DNA of 64,000 nucleotides from an uncultured cyanobacterium (lineage in GTDB: Bacteria > Cyanobacteriota > Cyanobacteriia > Pseudanabaenales > Pseudanabaenaceae). Numbering within the stretch: the stretch's first letter is position 1; every line of letters begins with the position of its first letter. The notes below the pieces were generated by a model. That model had not been told where the DNA came from and did no database searches. It worked only from the letters and a program-made list of their open reading frames with translations. Where the stretch lies: positions 1,152,001 to 1,216,000 of the forward strand of contig OY969811.1 of assembly GCA_963703315.1 (NCBI GenBank), read 5' to 3'. Both the position numbers and the translations under genes were made by a program. Below, in pieces: positions 9,273 through 19,481 of this stretch.

Positions 9273-11795
9273 GTGTCTATGTCTCAACCTACACCAGCAA
9301 ATCCAGACTTACCAGCGATCGCTTCGGTAGATCCCGAAACCCATACCGAAATTAATCCTGAGCTAGGACTTAGCGAAGCTGAAGTCACAGATAGACATCG
9401 GCGTGGTGATATCAATGTCATTGTGCTGCGGTCAAGTCGTACTTATAAGGACATTTTTCAAGAAAACGTTTTTACCTTATTTAACATTACCTTTGGTTTT
9501 GTGTTAGTCCTGCTTATGGCGCTTGGACAGTTTACCGATGCGATCTTTTCGGGATTTTCGGTATTTATGAATATTCTGGTGGGTGTAGCACAGGAAATTC
9601 AGGCAAAGCTAACCTTAGATAAATTAGCTTTACTATCAGTGCAGAAGGTCAAAGTCCGACGCGATGGCAAATCACAGGAGATTCCTGTCGGTGAGGTGGT
9701 GCGCGATGACTTGATCGAGCTAAATCCAGGCGATCGCGCTCCTGTTGATGGTGCAGTCTTGATTTCTCAAAACGTAGAAATGGATGAATCCTTACTCACA
9801 GGCGAATCCGATCCTGTGGCTAAGCAGATTGGCGATATTGTGTTGTCGGGGTCTTTTTGCTTGGCAGGGAGTTGTGTATTTAGCGCCGATAAAATTGGCA
9901 ATGAAAGCTATGCGGTGAAGCTATCACAGTCATCACGGGTTTACAAACGAGTCTTTACGCCGTTACAAAAGAAGATTGATATTCTCGTAGAAATTTTTGT
10001 GCTGGTGCTGATTGTGGCAGGCTTTTTGCATATTGCCTCTAGCCTCAACTCAGGACGGACAATGGTGGATACAATTCGCTATGCTTCCGTAATTATTAAT
10101 AGTTTTGTGCCAGCAGGTTTAGTGCTTTCCATCAGTGTTGCCTTTGCGATCGGCGCAGTGGCAATTAGTAAAAAGCGGACATTAATTCAAAAAATCAATG
10201 CCGTTGACTCCATGAATAGCGTGCGGATTCTCTGCACTGATAAAACAGGAACCCTTACCCAAAATAAACTAGTAGTCAAGGAAATCGTGCCTTTAGGCGA
10301 TACCGATGAAGACTCGTTGCGCGAGCTAATTGCCCTCTATACAAACCTAATGGGCAGTCAAAATAGCAGCGCAAAGGCGATGGCTACTTATACTGATAAA
10401 CCTCGATCGCAAGCTCAATCTGTCAGTGAAGTTCCCTTTAGTTCTAGTCGCAAATGGGGATCGATCGCCATTGATATCGGCACAACGATCATGGTCGGTG
10501 CGCCCGAAATTTTGCTCACTAGTCCTGAAATGCAGGAACAAGCTAAACAATATGGACGGCAAGGACTAAGGGCGATCGCCGTTGTCACCAGTGAAGACAG
10601 TATTGATAGTTCTGAGAAAAATCCTAATTTACCTAATAATCGGCGCGATCGCGGCTTGGTGTTACTAGAAGATAGTCTGCGCCCTGATGTGATCGAGACA
10701 ATTTCTGAATTACAAAATAAGAATATTCGTCTGAAAGTAATTTCAGGCGATAGCGTCGAAACAGTTGCTTCGATCGCCCGACAAGCAGGGATCGCCGTTC
10801 CCGATGATGCTGTATTCACCCAAAAAGATTTGGAAGCAATGGATGCTCATACCTTTAGCCGTGCCGCCGCCTCTGGAGCCGTCTTTGGTCGGATTACCCC
10901 TGACATGAAGCGCCGCCTCATTTCGGCAATGGTGAAAAAGGGCGGCTATGTGGGCATGGTCGGCGATGGGGTGAATGATGTCCCTGCCTTTAAGGAAGCA
11001 CAATTGGCGATCGCCATGAATGACGGCGCACAAATTAGTAAGGATGTCGCCGATATCGTATTACTAGATAACAATCTCTCAGCATTGCCCCAAGCCTTCA
11101 CTGCAGGGGATGATATCAAGCAAAAAATTCTCTCCTCAGCATTGCTCTATCTCACCAAAAATATCATGGTGATTCTCACAATTTCCTTTGCAGGATTTGT
11201 GCAGCTTCCCTTTCCGATTGAGCCACGACACATGACAATTTTAACGATGGCAGTAGTGGGCTTTCCGACGATTTGGATTGCCTTCGGATGGCTAAAACCG
11301 ATCCGCCTAGAGAATTTCCTGCGTGATGTCTTAGGGTTCAGTTGCATTGCAGGGATCTTCGGAGCGATCGCCATGACTACAGGCTATGTCTTGTCTTACT
11401 ATGTCAGTGGTTGGGCGCTACTGCAAGCTCCCTATAGCTCAACGATGGTCAGTTCTGAGACGTTTCAAGATATCGCCAGAGGTCAAGCCCAATGTGTTAG
11501 TACTTTCATTGGCACAATCTTCTGTCTTTTTGTCTTTTGGAGTATCACCGAGATCTCGATCTGGAAAGTACGCACCTTTGCCAAAAATCCCACAGCCACT
11601 ATTCTAGGTGTGGTTTCTGTTGGCGTATCATTTATATTCATGTTACTGTTCCCTTCCTTCTTTCAAGTTGAAGTTCCCGATCAATTTGGTTGGTCAATGA
11701 TTATCTTTTTGCCAACTTCGAGTTATTACATCTTGCGAATGTTGCAATCTAGCAAGCTATTTCGCCATTTACCACGCTATCTCAGTCAGCCGTAA
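9273..11795 (+). CDS. P-type ATPase (CtpE-like)
   Basis: TGES, DKTGTLT, SGD, GDGVND, about 10 TM helices; M4 reads PAGL. Confidence 0.9.
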   Translation: MSMSQPTPANPDLPAIASVDPETHTEINPELGLSEAEVTDRHRRGDINVIVLRSSRTYKDIFQENVFTLFNITFGFVLVLLMALGQFTDAIFSGFSVFMNILVGVAQEIQAKLTLDKLALLSVQKVKVRRDGKSQEIPVGEVVRDDLIELNPGDRAPVDGAVLISQNVEMDESLLTGESDPVAKQIGDIVLSGSFCLAGSCVFSADKIGNESYAVKLSQSSRVYKRVFTPLQKKIDILVEIFVLVLIVAGFLHIASSLNSGRTMVDTIRYASVIINSFVPAGLVLSISVAFAIGAVAISKKRTLIQKINAVDSMNSVRILCTDKTGTLTQNKLVVKEIVPLGDTDEDSLRELIALYTNLMGSQNSSAKAMATYTDKPRSQAQSVSEVPFSSSRKWGSIAIDIGTTIMVGAPEILLTSPEMQEQAKQYGRQGLRAIAVVTSEDSIDSSEKNPNLPNNRRDRGLVLLEDSLRPDVIETISELQNKNIRLKVISGDSVETVASIARQAGIAVPDDAVFTQKDLEAMDAHTFSRAAASGAVFGRITPDMKRRLISAMVKKGGYVGMVGDGVNDVPAFKEAQLAIAMNDGAQISKDVADIVLLDNNLSALPQAFTAGDDIKQKILSSALLYLTKNIMVILTISFAGFVQLPFPIEPRHMTILTMAVVGFPTIWIAFGWLKPIRLENFLRDVLGFSCIAGIFGAIAMTTGYVLSYYVSGWALLQAPYSSTMVSSETFQDIARGQAQCVSTFIGTIFCLFVFWSITEISIWKVRTFAKNPTATILGVVSVGVSFIFMLLFPSFFQVEVPDQFGWSMIIFLPTSSYYILRMLQSSKLFRHLPRYLSQP

Positions 11796-11799
11796 AAAG

Positions 11800-11837
11800 C
11801 CCTCACCCCCTAGCCCCTCTCCCGTAGGAGAGGGGAA
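11800..11837. repeat. Short cyanobacterial dispersed repeat/hairpin
   Basis: CCCTCACCCCCTAGCCCCTCTCC-CGTA-GGAGAGGGG immediately after the stop codon. Confidence 0.55.
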
Positions 11838-11863
11838 CCAGAAAATAACAGAGTACAGAGCTT

Positions 11864-12376
11864 ATGAAATCTAAAACTTCTCAACGTCCAATCTCAATTA
11901 CGATTCTCACTACGACCATGATTGGTATGAGTCTAGTGCTGATTATTGATCGCATCCTTAATTTCTATTTTTATCGATTATTAGAAGGGAATACACCCTT
12001 AGTCAATAGTGATTCGGTTAACTTACAAGTAGTCTCAGGAATTGCTTTTTTAGGTTTTAGCGTAGTGCCGCTTGTCCTAGCAATTGGACTATGGAATTTA
12101 AAATCTTGGGCGAGATTTTTGAGTATTTGTTTTTTTAGTTCCATCATGTTTCCTGCGATCGCCGCTTCTTTAAGCTGGATTTCGCCGCCATCAGCCGATA
12201 AACTTTTGCAAATTCCGATGGTCTTTGATGAAGTTTTGAGCGTATCCGAGACTTCGCCCACCTCACGCTTGGTATCTCTCAATCCTTACATTGCCATTGG
12301 TAGCGCGATTGCCCTTGCAATTTTAGTTACACCTGCGATCGGGAAAATATTTCGTCATCGTTCGCCGCAAAATTAG
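11864..12376 (+). CDS. Hypothetical integral membrane protein (~4 TM)
   Basis: Hydrophobic helices, GLWNLKSWAR motif. Confidence 0.7.
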   Translation: MKSKTSQRPISITILTTTMIGMSLVLIIDRILNFYFYRLLEGNTPLVNSDSVNLQVVSGIAFLGFSVVPLVLAIGLWNLKSWARFLSICFFSSIMFPAIAASLSWISPPSADKLLQIPMVFDEVLSVSETSPTSRLVSLNPYIAIGSAIALAILVTPAIGKIFRHRSPQN

Positions 12377-12746
12377 CGATCGCGCCTAGTAAAAAAGGTA
12401 CAGCCTCAGCTTCCCAAAACCCTTCTGCACAACGTCCTGTTAACAACTGCAAGTGCAAAGTAAATTGATGGGGATAACCATTGGCTTCAAGACTGATATC
12501 TTCAGTTTCCAGAGTACAAGAAATCTTCTCGCCATCAGATAACTCAGTTGCCATTATTTGCATTGTCTCGGCAAGTTGGGCTACTAACTTACAAAAATCT
12601 TTAAATTCTCTCACAGTTAGCTCGATCGCCCAACTATCTGTCCCCACTAATCCCCTATATACATCCACATCTGAGCGCCAACCAATGCGCCAGCCTTCAC
12701 CACAGAATAACTGCTTAGATGCGTTTTGCGGTACAAAATTAAGCAT
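12327..12746 (-). CDS. Conserved cyanobacterial protein (DUF1818-like)
   Basis: GEGWRIGW..LVGTDSWAIELT..EF..AEGFW signature; start uncertain. Confidence 0.7.
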   Translation of the reverse strand: MLNFVPQNASKQLFCGEGWRIGWRSDVDVYRGLVGTDSWAIELTVREFKDFCKLVAQLAETMQIMATELSDGEKISCTLETEDISLEANGYPHQFTLHLQLLTGRCAEGFWEAEAVPFLLGAIANFAANDDEIFSRSQV

Positions 12747-12797
12747 AATATTCAGCAGAATTAGCGGCTTATGATCATGCCGCTAATTCTATGGCTT

Positions 12798-13022
12798 TCA
12801 GTCGCTCAGGATTTCAGGTTGAGAGATTTCGTCTGACATTTCCATAATTGCGCGTAAAATCGGCTTCATCATGCGATCGTCATAGTCATCATCTTCATAG
12901 CGTCTAAGCTTTGCCCGATTAGCAACTTGCACAGTAATGCGGTAACGATTAGAAGAAGCATTGATCAGTTCTTCGACACGACGAGTAACTTGTGATGAAT
13001 CAATTGTGTAGCGTTTTGCCAT
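12798..13022 (-). CDS. rpoZ: RNA polymerase omega subunit
   Basis: [28 protein letters not shown] (cyanobacterial omega/Ycf61). Confidence 0.92.
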   Translation of the reverse strand: MAKRYTIDSSQVTRRVEELINASSNRYRITVQVANRAKLRRYEDDDYDDRMMKPILRAIMEMSDEISQPEILSD

Positions 13023-13091
13023 AGATCTGCAAGAAAATTAGCATTCCTAGTTTAACGCTTTTATACCAAAATTCAAAATCCTTGATAATTA

Positions 13092-13130
13092 AACAAAAAG
13101 GTTCGATGCTTCGCATCGAACCTTTTTGTT
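13092..13130. terminator. Hairpin downstream of tRNA-Leu
   Basis: AACAAAAAGGTTCGATGC-TTC-GCATCGAACCTTTTTGTT. Confidence 0.65.
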
Positions 13131-13136
13131 ATTTAA

Positions 13137-13217
13137 TGCGGATGGAGAGACTCGAACTCTCACATCAAAGATACTAGAACCTAAATCTAGCGCGTCTACC
13201 AATTCCGCCACATCCGC
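13137..13217 (-). tRNA. trnL: tRNA-Leu(TAG)
   Basis: Reverse complement GCGGATGTGGCGGAATTGGTAGACGCG-CTAGA-TTTAGGT-TCTAG...GTTCGAGTC...CATCCGCA; long variable arm. Confidence 0.95.
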
Positions 13218-13393
13218 TTGGATAAGGTGTTTTTTGCACCGAATAGAATAATACAACAATCTTGGTAAATTGCAGCATAAAATTTTGAGAGTTTACCTTC
13301 ACAGTTTGATTGCGATACAATCTTTAGTTAGTCATTTGATCTATTTTTCGCTCTGAGCCTACTTTTAGCACCTTTGTTGAGTAGATCTATCTA

Positions 13394-13810
13394 GTGCATA
13401 TTCATAAACCACAAAAAATCGACCCAGCACAAATTTATCCCTGCCCTTGCCCTCGCAAACGTGGAAAGCTCAAGCCGATCACCTTGACTGATGCTTTTGG
13501 TTGCGATCGCTGTTCTTTGATGTTTCAGCTAGAAAGCGATGGTTATAGTCTGCTGCAATTGGGAGGGATTGACTCACAACGCCATACATGGCAATGGATT
13601 GGCAAATGGCAAATCATTCGTGTATATAGGCAATATACTTTGGTAGAAACGGCTTTACTGTATATCTCTGCCCTATTATTCTTCTCATTAATCACTCTAT
13701 GGGCATTAAATATCAAATCAACTTTAGGCATTCCCATCGCCATTTTGTTGTTTACCCTTTTAGGTTTGTTAATATGGCGATTGCTCGTGATGCTTCGTCG
13801 CGATATTTAA
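13394..13810 (+). CDS. Hypothetical protein: N-terminal Cys motifs (CPC, CDRC) and two C-terminal TM helices
   Basis: ORF composition. Confidence 0.7.
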   Translation: MHIHKPQKIDPAQIYPCPCPRKRGKLKPITLTDAFGCDRCSLMFQLESDGYSLLQLGGIDSQRHTWQWIGKWQIIRVYRQYTLVETALLYISALLFFSLITLWALNIKSTLGIPIAILLFTLLGLLIWRLLVMLRRDI

Positions 13811-13864
13811 AAAACTCTTGAGAAAATAACTTTCTCAAATCTTTTATTAATTACTCATACATAT

Positions 13865-15175
13865 ATGTCACCAGAAGACCTTACAGGCTTCATTTATAAA
13901 TCCCATGCAGCGGCACTGCAACTGATCCAAATCTCCAGTAGAGAACGTGATAGTTTGCTGCTAGAGATTGCTGAATCTGTTAAAAAACATAAAAATGCAA
14001 TCCTAGAAGCAAATACGCTCGATCTAGAAGCAAGTCGCGATATGGCTGTACCTGAATTGGTACTAGAGTGGCTCAAACTTACTCCCGAACGCCTTAACTA
14101 TGCGATCGAATGTCTCACCCAGATCGCTAATCTGCCTGATCCACTGACGCTCCATGTGGGTATTAATGGTTATCAGCGCGTTCCTTTAGGTGTAGTGGCT
14201 TTTGTATCTGAGGGCTTTCCGCAGTTAGGCTTAATTGCGGCGGGTATGTGTCTCAAGGTGGGCAATACGATTATTTTGAAGGGGGGAAGTGAAGGCACAT
14301 ATACGCAAGAAGCGATCGCATCAGTTGCTAAAGAGATCCTTATTGCAAGAAATTTTCCTGAGGCTTGCATGACTTGTGTACCAACAGGGGTAGCCCTCAA
14401 AGAGTTAATTGTCCAAGAAAAATATTTACGCTTGGTGATCCCTTATGGTCGTCCTAGCTTTGTGCAGCAGGTCAGCAAACAGGCGACAGTCTCGGCTTTG
14501 CCGATCTCAATGGGTAATTGTTATTTATATTTATCGGCTTCTGGTGATTTGAACTTTGCCAAAGAAATTATTCTTAACAGTCGTAAGGGTGATCCTGATG
14601 CTGTTAATGCGATCGAAAAAGTAGTTGTCCATCAGTCATGGATTGATCGCGGTTTAGGAGATTGGATCAAGGCTTTAAAAAAACAAGGTTTGGTGGTGAG
14701 GGGCTGTGCTGAGACAACGGCGAGTTATCGTAAGTTTTTAGAAGAATCCCATAGTGATGAAACTGATAAACCAAGTCAAGCGCTCATTGATCAATCGATC
14801 GAACTTGAAGATATTTGGGGTCAGGCTTATTTAGATGAAACGATCGCCATCAAAATTGTCAATGATACAGAAGAGGCAATTACTTGGATTAATCAGTATA
14901 GTAGCGGTCATGCTGATGTCTTGCTAACGGATTCTCTATCGGAACGCGATCGCTTTGTCAGTCGGATCAATAGCAGTACGATTTTTGTCAATGCCCATAG
15001 TCGTTTCAGTCGTTGTGCCAAAGTTGGCGATAATGGCAATGTCAAAATTGCGCTGGGTATGTCCAGCTTAAAAACACGCGGTGCATCTAGATACCCTGGG
15101 ATAATTGATATCTATGCCCTCACTACCACTAAACAAGTTTTGACAAGTTCATGGGTGCAACGCACTCATTTATAG
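13865..15175 (+). CDS. Gamma-glutamyl phosphate reductase (ProA)-like paralogue, catalytically degenerate
   Basis: ILEANTLDL, RVPLGV, LKGGSE, AITWINQYSSGHAD, VNAHSRF; the canonical CNA motif reads VNA. Confidence 0.8.
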   Translation: MSPEDLTGFIYKSHAAALQLIQISSRERDSLLLEIAESVKKHKNAILEANTLDLEASRDMAVPELVLEWLKLTPERLNYAIECLTQIANLPDPLTLHVGINGYQRVPLGVVAFVSEGFPQLGLIAAGMCLKVGNTIILKGGSEGTYTQEAIASVAKEILIARNFPEACMTCVPTGVALKELIVQEKYLRLVIPYGRPSFVQQVSKQATVSALPISMGNCYLYLSASGDLNFAKEIILNSRKGDPDAVNAIEKVVVHQSWIDRGLGDWIKALKKQGLVVRGCAETTASYRKFLEESHSDETDKPSQALIDQSIELEDIWGQAYLDETIAIKIVNDTEEAITWINQYSSGHADVLLTDSLSERDRFVSRINSSTIFVNAHSRFSRCAKVGDNGNVKIALGMSSLKTRGASRYPGIIDIYALTTTKQVLTSSWVQRTHL

Positions 15176-15178
15176 CGT

Positions 15179-15436
15179 TTATCTGTAGCGTTGAAGTAAG
15201 GCTTCAAGTTTTTCAACAGGCGATCGTGGTGGAAATCTGGGCAGTTCTTGTTCCTGTTGGCGATCGTTGAGTAAACACAGAACAGGGATTTCATATTGAT
15301 AGCGATCGAACCAGTCATTATTGCTAGTAATATCCCTGATTTCTAACTCAAAATCCACATTTTTAACCTGTTGTAATTTTGTGAGCAAACCTTCGCATAG
15401 ACAACAGCCTTGCTTACTATACAAAATTAATTTCAT
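15179..15436 (-). CDS. Glutaredoxin-like protein (DUF836-like)
   Basis: LYSKQGCCLC, RDI, YQYEIPVL. Confidence 0.85.
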   Translation of the reverse strand: MKLILYSKQGCCLCEGLLTKLQQVKNVDFELEIRDITSNNDWFDRYQYEIPVLCLLNDRQQEQELPRFPPRSPVEKLEALLQRYR

Positions 15437-15455
15437 AGATCTTGAGATATCTCTG

Positions 15456-15484
15456 TTGAATTTACCCCCACTATGTTATATTAT
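15456..15484 (+). promoter_or_regulatory. Putative sigma70 promoter of tRNA-Val
   Basis: TTGAAT-17 nt-TATTAT, ending 10 nt upstream of the tRNA. Confidence 0.5.
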
Positions 15485-15494
15485 TAATCCGTCA

Positions 15495-15568
15495 GAACGC
15501 ATAGCTCAGTTGGTTAGAGCACCACGTTGACATCGTGGGGGTCGGTGGTTCGAGTCCACTTGTGTTCA
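15495..15568 (+). tRNA. trnV: tRNA-Val(GAC)
   Basis: GAACGCA-TAGCTCAGTTGGTTAGAGC-A-CCACG-TTGACAT-CGTGG...GGTGG-TTCGAGT-CCACT-TGTGTTC-A. Confidence 0.95.
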
Positions 15569-15581
15569 TTAGAATAGATAA

Positions 15582-18500
15582 ATGCCAATAATCTTTGACA
15601 ATATGCAGAGCCCTCTGCTGCCAGAGTTACGCCATACCCTTGATGGCGCAGTTCGGGCTGATTTTTGTGTGGGCTATGTCAATTTGAGGGGATGGCGATC
15701 GCTTGAGGACAAGATCGAACAGTTTACAGGGACAGATGATGCACGGTGTCGGCTATTGGTGGGAATGCAGAAATTACCCAAAGATGAACTACATACATTA
15801 CTGAGTCTGAGCAATGCTGAAAATAAGGTTGATTTGGCAGAAGTTAATCGCATCAAACGCAAGTATGTCGAAGAATTCCGATCGCAGTTAAGTTTTGGCG
15901 CACCAAACAACCAAGATGAAGCAGCGTTACGGAGATTGAGCGCTCAAATAAAAGCGGGGAAAGTAACGGTGAAATTATTTGCACGTCATACCCTCCATGC
16001 CAAGCTTTATCTAATTTATCTGTCTGAAAAAACACCACGTATGGCTTATTTAGGCAGTAGTAATCTCACGATATCTGGACTATCAAAACAGGGTGAATTG
16101 AATATCGATGTTAACGATCGCGTGGCTACGGAGACTTTAGAAACTTGGTTTGAGGATAAATGGACAGATAAATTCTGTGTGGATATTTCGCAAGAATTAG
16201 CGGCAATTATTGATCAAAGTTGGGCTAGGGAAACCTTGATACCGCCCTATCATATTTATCTAAAAATGGTCTATCACCTGTCACAGGAGGCAAGAGCGGG
16301 GATATCGGAATATCGATTACCAAAAGAGTTTCGCTTGTTTGACTTTCAAGCGGCGGCGGTGAAAATTGCGGCACACCATGTCAATAAACGGGGCGGGGTG
16401 ATGATTGCCGATGTGGTGGGATTGGGCAAAACCATTGTTGGCACGGCTTTAGCAAGGGTTTTACAGGATGACTTATTTTTAGAAACTTTGATTATCTGCC
16501 CTAAGAATCTTGTGCCGATGTGGGAAGACTATGTAGCCGAATATCGCTTAATTGCGAAGGTTATGCCAATTAGTCGCGTGTTGGAAGATTTGAAAGATTT
16601 ACGGCGCTATCGGGTGGTGCTGATTGATGAAAGCCATAACTTGCGAAATCGTCAAGGGCGGCGTTATCGAGCGATTCGGGAATATATTGAAATCAATGAG
16701 AGTAAGTGTATTTTGCTGACAGCAACACCATACAACAAGAGTTATCTGGATTTATCTTCACAGTTTCAATTATTTATCGAAGAGGATCGTAATTTAGGAA
16801 TCCGTCCTGAGCGATATATCCAAGAACTTGGGGAGACTGAGTTTAGGAATCGCCTTCAAGGTGAAGAGCGATCGCTTAAAGCGTTTAATTTGAGTGAGTA
16901 TGCCGATGATTGGCGGGATTTGATGAAGCTATTTATGATTCGGCGGACAAGGAGTTTTATCAAGAATAACTATGCTAAGAGTGATACCGAAGGACGCAAA
17001 TATCTAGAGTTTCCTGATGGGAAGGTGTCGTATTTTCCAAAACGAATTCCGAAGACTGCGAAGTTTGCGATTAAGGGCATCGATCCATATGCTTTGCTTT
17101 ATTCCGATCGCGTGGTGGATGTGATCAATGAGCTAAATTTACCGCGCTATGGGTTAGGCATCTTTGAGATGGAGAAGCCGATGAAAACGCCTACAGATAG
17201 GGAACAGCAGATCCTTGATGGTTTGTCTCGCGCAGGTCGGCGGTTGATGGGATTTTGTCGTACTAATTTATTTAAGCGATTGGAAAGTAGTGGATTTGCA
17301 TTTTTACAGTCCCTCGATCGCCATATTTTACGCAACTATGTTTATCTTCATGCCATTAACAATGGATTAGATATTCCCATTGGTACACAGGATGCGGAAC
17401 TATTAGATACGCGCAATGGTGACGAAGATTCCGATTCGTTAGTATCGACGGAGTTTGAGATTGAGGTGGAGGATGGCTCTAGTAGTGATGTGGAAGAGGA
17501 GTCGCGCAAATCTGAAAGTCATCTTGAGCGAGATTATCTTGACCGTGCTGCTACGGTCTATAAGCTCTATGAGAGCAAATATAAAAAGCGGTTTAAATGG
17601 ATTCGAGCGAGTTTGTTTAAACCAGAGCTAAAAACGACTTTGTTGGCAGATGCTCAAGCCTTAACTAAGGTTTTCAATCTATGTCCTGAATGGAAACCTG
17701 AGCAAGATTGTAAATTAGCAACCCTCGTCAATTTGCTGAAAATAGAACATGGCGATCGCAAGGTATTGATTTTTACGCAGTTTGCGGACACAGCTAAATA
17801 TTTAGGTGAGCAGTTACCGAAGCTTGGGCTTGATAAGTTAGCAGTGGTCACAGGTAACACGACTAACCCGACTGAACTCGCCTATCAATTTAGTCCTAAA
17901 AGCAATCGTAAACGTCACAAAGTTACTGAAGATCAGGAATTACGGGTATTGATTGCCACGGATGTACTTAGTGAAGGACAGAACTTGCAAGATTGCGACA
18001 TTATCATTAATTACGATCTGCCTTGGGCGATTATTCGCTTAATCCAACGGGCAGGGCGGATCGATCGCATTGGTCAGGAGTCAGAAGAGATTCTCTGTTA
18101 TTCCTTTTTACCTGCGGATGGGGTCGAGAAGTTGATTAATTTGAGAGGTCGCTTACGTCAGCGCTTGGATCAAAATGCGGAAGTTGTCGGTACGGATGAG
18201 GCTTTTTTTGAGGGAGATGCCGATCAAATTGTGCGGGATCTCTATAATGAGAAGGCGGGAATTATTGATGATGATGAGGATAATGAAGTAGACCTGACTT
18301 CTGAGGCTTTTCAGATTTGGAAAAATGCGACAGATCGCAATCCAGAATTAAAGAAGATAGTGGAATCATTAGATAATGTCTCCTACTCAACGCGATCGCA
18401 TACGCCTGAAGCTACTAAGCCTGAAGGGGTGCTGCTCTATGTCCGCACGGCGCAGGGAAATGACGCTTTGGCATATATCGATCGCCATGGTCAGAGTGTT

Positions 18501-18950
18501 ACCCAGTCACAATTAGCGATTCTCAAATTAGCTGCCTGTGAGCCGAATACTCCTGCCATACCACGTAATGAGAACCATCATGAATTGGTGACGCAAGGGG
18601 CGATCATGCTAGTTAAGGAAGAGAAAAGTACAGGGGGGCTAGGCAGTACTAAGGGCGCAAGATATCGCACCTATGAACGATTGAGGCGCTATTTAGAACA
18701 TGAACGCGATCGCAATCCTTTACTGGTTCCCCATGATTTATCAAAGGCGATCGATGAGATTTATCGCTATCCACTGCGACAATCTGCGATCGATATTCTC
18801 AGCCGCAGGTTTAAAGATGGGCTTGAGGATGAGCAGTTAGCCAGTTTGGTTTTGGCGCTTCGCACTGATAATCTTCTTTGTATAATTTCTGAAGAGGAGC
18901 ATGAGCAGGAGCCACAAATAATTTGTTCGATGGGAATTTTTCAATATTAA
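15582..18950 (+). CDS. PLD-nuclease + SNF2-type helicase (restriction/defence subunit)
   Basis: HAKLY..GSSNLT (PLD), DVVGLGKT, DESH, TAT, SEGQNLQ, QRAGRIDR. Confidence 0.88.
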   Translation: MPIIFDNMQSPLLPELRHTLDGAVRADFCVGYVNLRGWRSLEDKIEQFTGTDDARCRLLVGMQKLPKDELHTLLSLSNAENKVDLAEVNRIKRKYVEEFRSQLSFGAPNNQDEAALRRLSAQIKAGKVTVKLFARHTLHAKLYLIYLSEKTPRMAYLGSSNLTISGLSKQGELNIDVNDRVATETLETWFEDKWTDKFCVDISQELAAIIDQSWARETLIPPYHIYLKMVYHLSQEARAGISEYRLPKEFRLFDFQAAAVKIAAHHVNKRGGVMIADVVGLGKTIVGTALARVLQDDLFLETLIICPKNLVPMWEDYVAEYRLIAKVMPISRVLEDLKDLRRYRVVLIDESHNLRNRQGRRYRAIREYIEINESKCILLTATPYNKSYLDLSSQFQLFIEEDRNLGIRPERYIQELGETEFRNRLQGEERSLKAFNLSEYADDWRDLMKLFMIRRTRSFIKNNYAKSDTEGRKYLEFPDGKVSYFPKRIPKTAKFAIKGIDPYALLYSDRVVDVINELNLPRYGLGIFEMEKPMKTPTDREQQILDGLSRAGRRLMGFCRTNLFKRLESSGFAFLQSLDRHILRNYVYLHAINNGLDIPIGTQDAELLDTRNGDEDSDSLVSTEFEIEVEDGSSSDVEEESRKSESHLERDYLDRAATVYKLYESKYKKRFKWIRASLFKPELKTTLLADAQALTKVFNLCPEWKPEQDCKLATLVNLLKIEHGDRKVLIFTQFADTAKYLGEQLPKLGLDKLAVVTGNTTNPTELAYQFSPKSNRKRHKVTEDQELRVLIATDVLSEGQNLQDCDIIINYDLPWAIIRLIQRAGRIDRIGQESEEILCYSFLPADGVEKLINLRGRLRQRLDQNAEVVGTDEAFFEGDADQIVRDLYNEKAGIIDDDEDNEVDLTSEAFQIWKNATDRNPELKKIVESLDNVSYSTRSHTPEATKPEGVLLYVRTAQGNDALAYIDRHGQSVTQSQLAILKLAACEPNTPAIPRNENHHELVTQGAIMLVKEEKSTGGLGSTKGARYRTYERLRRYLEHERDRNPLLVPHDLSKAIDEIYRYPLRQSAIDILSRRFKDGLEDEQLASLVLALRTDNLLCIISEEEHEQEPQIICSMGIFQY

Positions 18951-18996
18951 GCGAGCGCCGCTCACCTAAGCTCTATCAATAACAAAGGTAAAATTT

Positions 18997-19446
18997 ATGA
19001 GTGCCAGTTTATATGAGACGGATTTTTATCGGTGGACGATTGAGCAGTCGCAACTTTTAGCGATCGGTAAGTTAGATGGTTTGGACTTGGTGAATTTAGT
19101 TGAAGAGATTGAATCTTTGGGTAAGCAGAAGCAGCAGGAGTTATCAAATCGCTTGGGTGTGTTGATTGGACATTTGTTGAAGTGGCAATATCAGCCAGAA
19201 AAGCGATCGCGTAGTTGGCAGGTGACGATTCAATTACAACGGGAAGAAATTCGGGATTTGTTATTCGATAATCCTAGTTTGAAATCTTATTTGGATAAGG
19301 CTTTGCCCAAAGGTTTTCGGTTAGGCTTAGCATTGGTTTTGGGTGAGACTGCGATTAGTAAAAAGTTATTACCTAGTGAATGTCCTTATAGTTTTGAGCA
19401 GTTGCTAGATTTGAGTTTTCCTGATGATATTGATGTGGAGTTTTAA
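18997..19446 (+). CDS. DUF29 family protein
   Basis: LYETDFYRW..LDLVNLVEEIESLG..HLLKWQYQP..NPSLK..CPYS. Confidence 0.9.
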   Translation: MSASLYETDFYRWTIEQSQLLAIGKLDGLDLVNLVEEIESLGKQKQQELSNRLGVLIGHLLKWQYQPEKRSRSWQVTIQLQREEIRDLLFDNPSLKSYLDKALPKGFRLGLALVLGETAISKKLLPSECPYSFEQLLDLSFPDDIDVEF

Positions 19447-19481
19447 CGCAAGTAAAAAGTAGAAAGGAAAAAGGAAAAAAT

